From NCBI GenBank assembly GCA_964451625.1, contig CAYVIU010000003.1, forward strand, positions 1 to 33,141: 33,141 bases of DNA. Direction: 5' to 3'. The translations under genes were made by a program, and so were the position numbers. The stretch's first letter is position 1, and the number at the start of each line of letters is the position of its first letter. The notes under the pieces were generated by a model, which ran no database searches, was not told the DNA's origin, and saw nothing but the letters and a program-made list of their open reading frames with translations. The stretch is from an uncultured Planctomycetia bacterium (GTDB lineage: Bacteria; Omnitrophota; Gorgyraeia; JABMRJ01; CAYVIU01). Shown here in pieces: positions 26,096-33,141 of this stretch.

Positions 26096-26748
26096 AAAAG
26101 AAAGCAGTAGTCCTTTTATCGGGCGGGCTTGATTCAACAACAACCCTTTATCTGGCCAGACGCCGTGGATATAAATGTTTCTGCCTTATATTTAATTACG
26201 GCCAGTCGCATAAAAGGGAAATTAAATCCGCAAAGAAAATAGCGCGGCTCAACAATTGTAAGTACTTCATTCTCAATATAGATTTACCCTGGAAAGGGAG
26301 TTCTCTTATAGACAGGGCCAAGAAGATACCGAAAAATAGATCTCGGAAAAAGATGTCTTCAAAAGTCCCGTCGACATATGTGCCTTCAAGAAATACGATT
26401 TTTTTGAGTTTTGCGGCAAGTTTTGCGGAAAGAATTGCCGCAGAAAAGATCTTTATAGGGGCGAACATTATTGACTACTCAGGCTATCCTGACTGCGGAC
26501 CTGAGTATATATCCGGGCTTAACAAGGCTATAAAAAAGGGGACTAAGGTAAAAAACATCAAGATAGAGACACCCCTTATAAAAAAGAGCAAAGTCGATAT
26601 AATAAAACTTGCAAAGGCGTTAAAAGTACCTCTAAAACTCACATGGTCGTGCTATGAAGGAAAAAGAAGGCCATGCAAGAGGTGTGATTCATGCAGGATC
26701 AGAGGGCAGGCATTTAAAAAGGCAGGGTTAAAAGATCCGTTATGTTAA
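26092..26748 (+). CDS. queC: 7-cyano-7-deazaguanine synthase
   Basis: LSGGLDS, YGQSH..E, TYVPSRN, SGYPDC and TWSCY...CKRCDSCRIR motifs. Confidence 0.96.
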   Translation: MKKKAVVLLSGGLDSTTTLYLARRRGYKCFCLIFNYGQSHKREIKSAKKIARLNNCKYFILNIDLPWKGSSLIDRAKKIPKNRSRKKMSSKVPSTYVPSRNTIFLSFAASFAERIAAEKIFIGANIIDYSGYPDCGPEYISGLNKAIKKGTKVKNIKIETPLIKKSKVDIIKLAKALKVPLKLTWSCYEGKRRPCKRCDSCRIRGQAFKKAGLKDPLC

Positions 26749-27446
26749 ACCATAATCCGCAGGCAGATATAATTGAGATATTTTCCTCTGTACAGGGAGA
26801 AGGGCCATTTACAGGCGTGAGGCAGGTATTTATCCGTTTTGATGCCTGTAATATGGAATGCACATACTGTGATGTCGAGAGGAAGACCCCGGTAAAAAAG
26901 TTTTCCTCAGATAAGCTTCTCAGCATAGTGAGACAGCTCTATTATGAAAAGGGTGAACACCATTCCGTATCTTTAACAGGCGGAGAGCCTCTCTTATATA
27001 AAGACTTCCTTGGCCATTTTCTTCCTCTCCTGAAGAATTCAAAATTTAAGACATACCTCGATACAAACGGCACACTGCCGGATGAGTTGTCGCGATTGAT
27101 CGATTTTATTGATATAATATCAATGGATATTAAACTGCCAAGTGCTACAAGAAGTCCTGAATGCTGGGAAACCCATAAGAATTTTTTAAATATAGCAAGA
27201 AGAAAAAGCTGCTTTATCAAAGCGGTAATTACGGACAATACAACCGAAGAGGATATCGTAAAGGCCATTAGCTTGATTGAGGCCGTTGACAAGGAACTCC
27301 TTCTGGTGCTTCAGCCTGTCTGGCCCAATAAAAAAGAGAGGAAGGTAAAGACAACGCTTTTATTTGACTACCTCTTTTTGGCAGAGAAAAAATTAAAAAA
27401 CGTGCGTGTTATGCCGCAGGCACACAAACTTTTGGGTGTGAGATGA
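26742..27446 (+). CDS. queE: 7-carboxy-7-deazaguanine synthase (radical SAM)
   Basis: EIFSSVQGEG, CNMECTYCD, SLTGGEPLL, TNG and PQAHK motifs. Confidence 0.94.
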   Translation: MLNHNPQADIIEIFSSVQGEGPFTGVRQVFIRFDACNMECTYCDVERKTPVKKFSSDKLLSIVRQLYYEKGEHHSVSLTGGEPLLYKDFLGHFLPLLKNSKFKTYLDTNGTLPDELSRLIDFIDIISMDIKLPSATRSPECWETHKNFLNIARRKSCFIKAVITDNTTEEDIVKAISLIEAVDKELLLVLQPVWPNKKERKVKTTLLFDYLFLAEKKLKNVRVMPQAHKLLGVR

Positions 27447-27832
27447 AGAAAAAAACATATAAAGGGCTGCAGAAGGGCATAAGAAAGCTTAAAACACCTA
27501 AAATAGATACCTGGCAGAATCAATATCCGGACAAAGACTATAGAATCAAAATAGAGAGTCCTGAATTCACCTGTATCTGCCCGAAGACAGGCCTGCCTGA
27601 CTTTGCGGATATAAAGATTGAATATATCCCGGATAAATATTGCATAGAACTTAAATCATTTAAGCTTTACCTTGTTTCATACCGCAGCGTCGGAATATTT
27701 CATGAACACGCAGTGAATAGAATCCTGGATGACTTTGTGCTGGCGGCCAAACCCAGATGGGCATTTGTTGAAATGGTTTTTAACCCGAGAGGCGGCATTA
27801 CTACAACCTGTAATGCCGAATATAAAGGATGA
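27443..27832 (+). CDS. queF: NADPH-dependent 7-cyano-7-deazaguanine reductase (unimodular type)
   Basis: PEFTCICPKTGLPDF, ELKSFKLY, HE and FNPRGGI motifs. Confidence 0.95.
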   Translation: MKKKTYKGLQKGIRKLKTPKIDTWQNQYPDKDYRIKIESPEFTCICPKTGLPDFADIKIEYIPDKYCIELKSFKLYLVSYRSVGIFHEHAVNRILDDFVLAAKPRWAFVEMVFNPRGGITTTCNAEYKG

Positions 27833-28671
27833 GAGAGATAAACGTAAAAAGAATAAGGGATGCTGTAAGCAAGCTCTGTATCAATGCCAACATAAACTTA
27901 AGAAAAGACATATTAGAGGGCCTGAAAAAGGCCGCTAAACTTGAAAAAAAGGCTGCAGCGCGCCGGACATTGAAAGATTTAATAGAAAATGCCTGCATTG
28001 CCTCCAGTGAAAGGCTGCCAATATGCCAGGATACAGGCATGGCAGTGGTTTTTGTTGAAACAGGCCAGGACGTTTCCCTTAAAGGCGGGGATCTCAAGAC
28101 CGCTATTAATGACGGCGTAAAAGACGGCTACAAGAAAGGTTTCTTAAGAAAATCCGTAGTAAAGGATCCCATAATAAGAAAGAATACAAACACAAATACA
28201 CCTTGTGTAATCCATACAGATATTGTCCCGGGGAGAAGGGTCAGATTGACAGTGCTTCCAAAAGGCTTTGGCAGTGAAAATAAAAGCAGGGTGGCAATGC
28301 TGAACCCGACAGCCGGTATTGACTCAATAAAAAGGTTTATTTTAAGATCAATAAAAGAGGCCGGGGCCGATGCATGCCCTCCTTTTGTCGTAGGTATAGG
28401 CATGGGCGGGACCATGGACAAGGCAGTGGAGCTGTCGAAACTCGCACTTCTAAGGCCGTTAAATAAACGCAATCCAAAAGGACATCTGGCAAAGCTTGAA
28501 AAAGGGCTTCTTGGCGAGATCAACAAAACAAATATAGGCCCTCTTGGCATGGGAGGCAAGACCACGGCATTGGGGGTCAGTATATTGAGCTTTCCGACAC
28601 ATATCGCAGGCCTGCCCGTAGCAGTAAACATTTCCTGCCACGCTACAAGGAGTGCCCGAGCCGTATTATGA
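27829..28671 (+). CDS. Fe-S hydro-lyase (class I fumarate hydratase / tartrate dehydratase) alpha subunit
   Basis: PICQDTG, LRKSVV, KGFGSENKS, ACPP..VGIGMGG, GPLGMGG.TT and CHATR motifs. Confidence 0.92.
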   Translation: MREINVKRIRDAVSKLCINANINLRKDILEGLKKAAKLEKKAAARRTLKDLIENACIASSERLPICQDTGMAVVFVETGQDVSLKGGDLKTAINDGVKDGYKKGFLRKSVVKDPIIRKNTNTNTPCVIHTDIVPGRRVRLTVLPKGFGSENKSRVAMLNPTAGIDSIKRFILRSIKEAGADACPPFVVGIGMGGTMDKAVELSKLALLRPLNKRNPKGHLAKLEKGLLGEINKTNIGPLGMGGKTTALGVSILSFPTHIAGLPVAVNISCHATRSARAVL

Positions 28672-29207
28672 AGAACCTGTACCTTCCATTAGATAAAGAA
28701 ACAAGAAAAACGCTTAAATCGGGCGAAAGGGTGCATCTCTACGGAAGCGTCTACACTGCAAGGGATGCCGCGCATAAAAGGCTCACAGATCTCATAAAGA
28801 AAAAGAAGAAACTCCCCTTTACCTTAAAAGACCAGATTATTTACTATGTAGGGCCTACCCCGGCTCCGACGGGTAAAGTAATAGGTTCAGCCGGCCCGAC
28901 TACAAGCTCAAGAATGGACGCCTTCACTGCCCCGCTTCTTAAAAAGGGCCTCGGCGGCATGATAGGCAAGGGAAGGCGCTCAAAAGATATCAGAAAGGCA
29001 ATAAAAAATCACCAGGCAGTGTATTTTGTTGCTCCCGGGGGTGCAGCCGCATTATTATAAAAGAAAATAATGAAAAAGACCCTTGTGTCTTTTGGCGACC
29101 TCGGCCCTGAGGCAATATATAAATTAGAGATAAGAGATTTTCCGGTTATAGTAGGCTGCGACGCAAAAGGAAGGAGTATATATGAGGGAAGACGGAAGAG
29201 GAAATGA
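28668..29207 (+). pseudogene. Fe-S hydro-lyase beta subunit interrupted by in-frame TAA at 29058-29060
   Basis: TARDAAHKRL, GPTTSSRMD, MIGKG and GGAAALL, then a stop, then 48 more in-frame codons with the expected family C-terminus ([29 protein letters not shown]) to TGA 29205-29207. Confidence 0.85.
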
Positions 29208-29922
29208 AGTTTTAAGAAAAATAAAGATAACACGAAACTATATAAAATATGCCGAAGGCTCGTGTCTCATAGAATTCGGAGGCACAAAGGTGATCTGCAC
29301 CGCATCTGTGGATGAAAACGTACCGCGCTTTTTAAAGGGCCAGGGCACCGGCTGGGTTACAGCTGAATACGGAATGCTTCCGAGGTCATGCAAAACCAGG
29401 GTGCCCAGAGAGGCCTCAAGGGGAAAGATAGGGGGAAGGACCCACGAGATACAGCGCCTCATAGGAAGGAGCATGCGGGCAGTAGTTCATCTGGCTGCCT
29501 TAGGAGAGAGGACCATATGGATGGACTGCGATGTCATACAGGCCGACGGAGGGACCCGTACCGCTGCCATAACAGGGAGCTTCATAGCCCTGGCCGATGC
29601 GCTTATAAAATTAAAAAAAGACGCTGCTTTTGACGAACTGCCGATCATTGATTCTGTGGCCGCAATAAGCGTGGGTATCCTCGGAGGGAAGCCAATGCTT
29701 GACCTTTCATACGAAGAGGATTCCAAGGCTGAAGTGGATATGAATATAGTAATGACAGGCAACGGGAGATTTATCGAGGTCCAGGGCACTGCAGAGGGTG
29801 AGCCCTTTACCGGCGCTGACATGGATAAGCTCGTAGCCCTGGCCAAGAAAGGAATTAAAAAACTCATCCAGGTCCAGGCTGAATGCCTTGGCAAGGATTT
29901 AAGGCTTGAGACTGACAGCTGA
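29182..29922 (+). CDS. rph: Ribonuclease PH
   Basis: [55 protein letters not shown] and EVQGTAE motifs. Confidence 0.97.
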   Translation: MREDGRGNEVLRKIKITRNYIKYAEGSCLIEFGGTKVICTASVDENVPRFLKGQGTGWVTAEYGMLPRSCKTRVPREASRGKIGGRTHEIQRLIGRSMRAVVHLAALGERTIWMDCDVIQADGGTRTAAITGSFIALADALIKLKKDAAFDELPIIDSVAAISVGILGGKPMLDLSYEEDSKAEVDMNIVMTGNGRFIEVQGTAEGEPFTGADMDKLVALAKKGIKKLIQVQAECLGKDLRLETDS

Positions 29923-29923
29923 T

Positions 29924-30517
29924 ATGAAAGAGATTGTAATTGCCACCAGAAATCCCAAAAAACTCAAAGAGATAAAGAGGCTGTTTAAAAAGACCGGGAT
30001 AAAAACACTCTCCCTGATTAATTTCCCCAAAACCCCAGAAGTGATTGAAGATAAAAAGACCTTCCGGGGCAACGCAGCAAAAAAGGCTGTCTTGACCAGC
30101 CGATATACAAAAATCTTAACACTCGCAGACGACTCCGGACTAGAAGTAAAAGCCCTCGGGAACAAACCCGGAGTAAAATCCTCCCGCTATGCCGGCCCAA
30201 AGAAGCGCGACATAGATAATAATCTCAAACTCTTGAAGGCCTTGAAAGGGAAACCCGCATCCAAAAGGAAGGCGCAGTTTCAGTGTGTCATCGCAATAGC
30301 CTATAGGGGTAAATTGATCAAGATTGCTAATGGCATTTGTAAAGGTAAGATTGCTTTCCGGATGGAGGGTAGGACCGGTTTTGGTTATGACCCCGTATTT
30401 ATCCCTACCGGCTGCAAAAAAAGCTTCTCACAATTAGGTTCAAAGATTAAAGACAGATTATCTCACCGTTCGAAGGCATTAAGGAAGGCGAAGACCTTTA
30501 TTCAAGGATATCTTTGA
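29924..30517 (+). CDS. rdgB: dITP/XTP pyrophosphatase (RdgB/HAM1)
   Basis: IATRNPKKLKE, ADDSGLEV, PGVKSSRYAG, GFGYDPVF and SHR motifs. Start placed at ATG 29924 just after the rph stop. Confidence 0.95.
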   Translation: MKEIVIATRNPKKLKEIKRLFKKTGIKTLSLINFPKTPEVIEDKKTFRGNAAKKAVLTSRYTKILTLADDSGLEVKALGNKPGVKSSRYAGPKKRDIDNNLKLLKALKGKPASKRKAQFQCVIAIAYRGKLIKIANGICKGKIAFRMEGRTGFGYDPVFIPTGCKKSFSQLGSKIKDRLSHRSKALRKAKTFIQGYL

Positions 30518-32153
30518 GGATATTGCCTATACTGCTCTTGAAGATTTTCTCGACGGGTTTTGTGGCCTTGGGGGCTTTTGTATTGTACTTCGGATCTTTT
30601 AAGTTCCCCGTAATCCTGATCGTTCCCAAAAGCTGGCCTGCCTGCTGAATAAGGATATTGGCTATTTGCGCGGCCTCGGAATCATCTTCGATCAGGTTCT
30701 GGGTGATATTTGTTGTTACAAGAAGATCCAGATTGCTGTCAAAATCAATACTCCCCTTTATGGAAATATTGACATCATCACTATAAAACATAAGCTCTTC
30801 TATGCGAATCTCCCTGTTTTCTATAGAAAAGTTCCCTGCCGCTTCTTTAAATACGACTGATTTGAGATTGGTCAAAGACAGAAGATTTGCCATATCGCCT
30901 AAAAGCGGGATCTCCCAAAGATAACCATCTGTTACAGTGACCCAGCCGCGTCCTTTCAGGTTGTCTATATCATTTCCGTAGCCCTTTACCAAAAATCGGC
31001 TTGAGAGATTCCCGGAGATTTTCATAGTGGACTTTACATCTTTTGCCCACCTTGCGAGGCTCGCATTCTGTATAACCATCTCCATAGAATAGGGCTTGCC
31101 CCGGCTGAAAGGCTCGGCATTTAATCCCCCCTCTATAATTCCTTCGTAAAACCCGGCCCTTAACTTGGGCGTTGTCAAAAGGCCGTTTTTCATGCGTAGA
31201 TCAACATCAAAATCCTTAAAGTCAAAACCCTTTGCCGAGAGCTTATCCGATTTCACCTTCAGACCGAATTCAGCCTCTTCTATCTCACTTGGCCTGCCCC
31301 TGAAGAACAATGCTACGTCACAGCCACCGCCAAGCTTTAATTTTTCCCTTTTTTCGGGGAAGAGGTACCCTATATCAGCTGCATTGACCCTGGACTCACC
31401 ATAAAGGTTAAAAATGGGGTCCCTTAAGTTATTTATGTCGCCTATTATATTAACTGTAGAATTGGCAATCGTGGCATTAAGCTTTTCTATGCTGATATAT
31501 CCATCTTTAAGAAGGAGATTGCCTTCAGAGATGAGCCCGTTGCCATTGGAGCCTAGTGTAAAGTAGGCATTAGGTATTTCTTCAAGGTTCCTGATGCCGC
31601 CGTCCAGTTGATAATTTGTACCTTTGAAATTGAAGTAAGAATCATTAAGGGATATGCCGTCTCTTTCAAAGTCTATCATTCCATTAAATTGTTCCACAGA
31701 GTATGGGATAAGACCGCTTCTTACCGAAAGGTCAACAAACCTGACCGTACCCTTTAATTTAGACGGTGAAAGCGCATCAGAAGCAAGAGAAGTTCTTACA
31801 GAGCCGCTTATCTTGGCGCTCTGAGTTGCTGCATTCCGAAGATCAAGCCTTGAGACAAGCTTTTTTTGTAAAAGAAGAGGGAATAGGGAAAATTTGAACC
31901 CGGCCTTTTCTATATTGAGAATCTTATCAGTCCCGGCCCTGTCATTGTATATGACGGCATTGCCCATGGAAAGGTTCGTGAAAGGAATATAGCGAAGGGT
32001 TTTTATCTCAACCTTTCTTCCGAGGTTCTCTTCAAAGAGATTAATTATTACCGATTTTGCCTTTACAGGGAGGATAATGGTATTAATCAGAAATATGCCC
32101 AGAACCACCAGGCCCACAGCAATAAGCACACTTTTAAAGATTGTATTTTTCAT
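30498..32153 (-). CDS. AsmA-family protein
   Basis: N-terminal membrane anchor followed by LGRKVEI, a long glycine-studded beta-strand-rich body, and an AsmA-like C-terminus (ISIKGSIDFD..LDL...IRITGNLKDPK). Confidence 0.75.
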   Translation of the reverse strand: MKNTIFKSVLIAVGLVVLGIFLINTIILPVKAKSVIINLFEENLGRKVEIKTLRYIPFTNLSMGNAVIYNDRAGTDKILNIEKAGFKFSLFPLLLQKKLVSRLDLRNAATQSAKISGSVRTSLASDALSPSKLKGTVRFVDLSVRSGLIPYSVEQFNGMIDFERDGISLNDSYFNFKGTNYQLDGGIRNLEEIPNAYFTLGSNGNGLISEGNLLLKDGYISIEKLNATIANSTVNIIGDINNLRDPIFNLYGESRVNAADIGYLFPEKREKLKLGGGCDVALFFRGRPSEIEEAEFGLKVKSDKLSAKGFDFKDFDVDLRMKNGLLTTPKLRAGFYEGIIEGGLNAEPFSRGKPYSMEMVIQNASLARWAKDVKSTMKISGNLSSRFLVKGYGNDIDNLKGRGWVTVTDGYLWEIPLLGDMANLLSLTNLKSVVFKEAAGNFSIENREIRIEELMFYSDDVNISIKGSIDFDSNLDLLVTTNITQNLIEDDSEAAQIANILIQQAGQLLGTIRITGNLKDPKYNTKAPKATKPVEKIFKSSIGNILKDILE

Positions 32154-32154
32154 A

Positions 32155-32664
32155 TTAATAGTACTCCGGATCCCACAGGCCCCGTTCGTTTTCCCGGGCC
32201 TCTAACTGCATCTTTATGAACATATCCACGTGTTTTATATTAGGAGGGAAGGTATAAAGCTGGCCGTAGCCCTGCTTTAATATCTCTGCGTTTAACATTT
32301 TTCCATCAGGCAAGTAGACATATGCCAAGAGCCTGCCGTATCTGTCCCTTTTTTCAGCATCATATTCAAGTGTTACTGTTTTACCCAGGGCAAGCCTTTT
32401 AGTAAACTCTGTAGCCTCTTTACCCATGGCAATTATCATCTGGCTCTCTTTGCCTGTCCGCTTCATGTCGCGTTCAAGCTTTCTATTAACCCTTGTCTCA
32501 GGCGTATCTATTCCAATGAGCCTTACTCTTTCGGTTGTATTTAATTCTATTGTATCGCCGTCTATAACCCTTGTGACAATGTAAGTATCGCCTGCCTCAC
32601 TACATCCCGGAAGGGCACAGAGGAGCATAGCCAGAATTAAATTGAACTGCAATATCTTTTTCAT
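32155..32664 (-). CDS. Thermonuclease (SNase-like) family lipoprotein
   Basis: VIDGDTI, VRLIGIDTPE, DRYGRLLAYV and EARENERGLW motifs. Signal peptide with lipobox-like LPGC. Confidence 0.93.
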   Translation of the reverse strand: MKKILQFNLILAMLLCALPGCSEAGDTYIVTRVIDGDTIELNTTERVRLIGIDTPETRVNRKLERDMKRTGKESQMIIAMGKEATEFTKRLALGKTVTLEYDAEKRDRYGRLLAYVYLPDGKMLNAEILKQGYGQLYTFPPNIKHVDMFIKMQLEARENERGLWDPEYY

Positions 32665-32679
32665 ATATTTCTAAAAATC

Positions 32680-32757
32680 TGGGGTAGGTGAGGAGATTCG
32701 AACTCCCGACCACTTGAGCCACAGTCAAGTGCTCTAACCAGCTGAGCTACACCTACC
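32680..32757 (-). tRNA. tRNA-His (GTG)
   Basis: Reverse complement GGTAGGTGTAGCTCAGCTGGTTAGAGCACTTGACTGTGGCTCAAGTGGTCGGGAGTTCGAATCTCCTCACCTACCCCA. Cloverleaf with anticodon GTG, encoded G-1:C73 pair and CCA. Confidence 0.96.
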
Positions 32758-32766
32758 GTAGGTTTT

Positions 32767-33141
32767 TTAATCCAAGTGAATTATGCAATGGCAATTTCTA
32801 CAAAGCCATTCCAAGTTTTTTAGCTTATTGTTCTTCCTGTTGGAATCGCGGTGATGAACAACTAAAACTCTCTTATCAACAATGCCACAAATGCTACATT
32901 TTTCCCGCTTGCCATATTTTTTTAACAACCGTCTATAGACATTGTAGCCGGTTATCCAATTTGGTGCATTTTCACCGCAACGTACATTTTCGTTTTCCCA
33001 TGAACAATGGCAGTTTTTCGAGCAAAAGAATTTCTTGCTTTTAGACTTCTTAAAATCTCTAGGAGTTCTATAAATTTCCTTTCCACAATAGTCGCATCGA
33101 AGCCATTTACCATTAAATTGGGCTTTGGGTTGGCATTTTTT
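32767..33141 (-). CDS. Cys-rich HNH endonuclease, 3' part (5' end outside the window)
   Basis: My translation gives 124 open codons: ...CDYCGKEIYR...KFFCSKNC...NAPNWITG...CSICG...LVVHHRDSNRKNNKLKNLEWLCRNCHCIIHLD*. Zinc-ribbon module plus HNH motif. Confidence 0.88.
   Translation of the reverse strand, partial: KKCQPKAQFNGKWLRCDYCGKEIYRTPRDFKKSKSKKFFCSKNCHCSWENENVRCGENAPNWITGYNVYRRLLKKYGKREKCSICGIVDKRVLVVHHRDSNRKNNKLKNLEWLCRNCHCIIHLD

Noticed and set aside
25739-27832. DNA 7-deazaguanine modification (dpd) defence island
   Set aside because: No dpdA/TGT-like or dpdB-K genes in the window. The presence of queF and the housekeeping context point to ordinary tRNA queuosine synthesis.
29058-29060. 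Alternative genetic code or selenocysteine/pyrrolysine readthrough
   Set aside because: The codon is TAA, not TGA or TAG. All three stops terminate other genes normally in this window.
454-31404. Numerous 60-245 aa ORFs overlapping the called genes on the opposite strand or in alternate frames (e.g. 1670-2407, 3181-3711, 9439-10005, 14008-14322, 28128-28631)
   Set aside because: Shadow ORFs of well-supported genes, with no motifs of their own.

Overview
Bacterial chromosomal window, mostly a tightly packed + strand housekeeping region. The first block is the 3' end of an MlaD-like gene, then PIN/TRAM, ispD, ispF, gltX, cysE, cysS, tmk, holB, PSP1/ricT, metG, tatD, a DUF362 Fe-S protein, mtnA, thiL, tsaE, tsaB, alr, smpB and tmRNA (ssrA). 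About 6.5 kb of accessory-looking DNA follows the tmRNA. It encodes a signal-peptide PLD/HKD protein with a C-terminal HTH-like segment and a 1566-aa S8 protease/FG-GAP/ASPIC-UnbV/IPT/FN3 surface protein. A second + strand operon holds an amidase, murI, queDCEF, a two-subunit Fe-S hydro-lyase (beta subunit broken by an in-frame TAA), rph and rdgB. A convergent - strand unit carries an HNH endonuclease (partial, missed by the ORF track), tRNA-His, a thermonuclease lipoprotein and an AsmA-like protein. The most notable oddities are a 38-codon tmRNA tag lacking the Ala-Ala end, a 228-nt nested inverted-repeat element between cysE and cysS, a pair of covarying inverted hairpins between thiL and tsaE, the post-tmRNA PLD-HTH/protease module with a repeated TATACC motif, a CysE with a predicted membrane anchor, and the tRNA-abutting HNH. 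MlaD and AsmA suggest a diderm. An Omnitrophota/PVC-like origin is only my impression and is not demonstrated. All calls come from motif reading by eye; no searches or folding programs were run.
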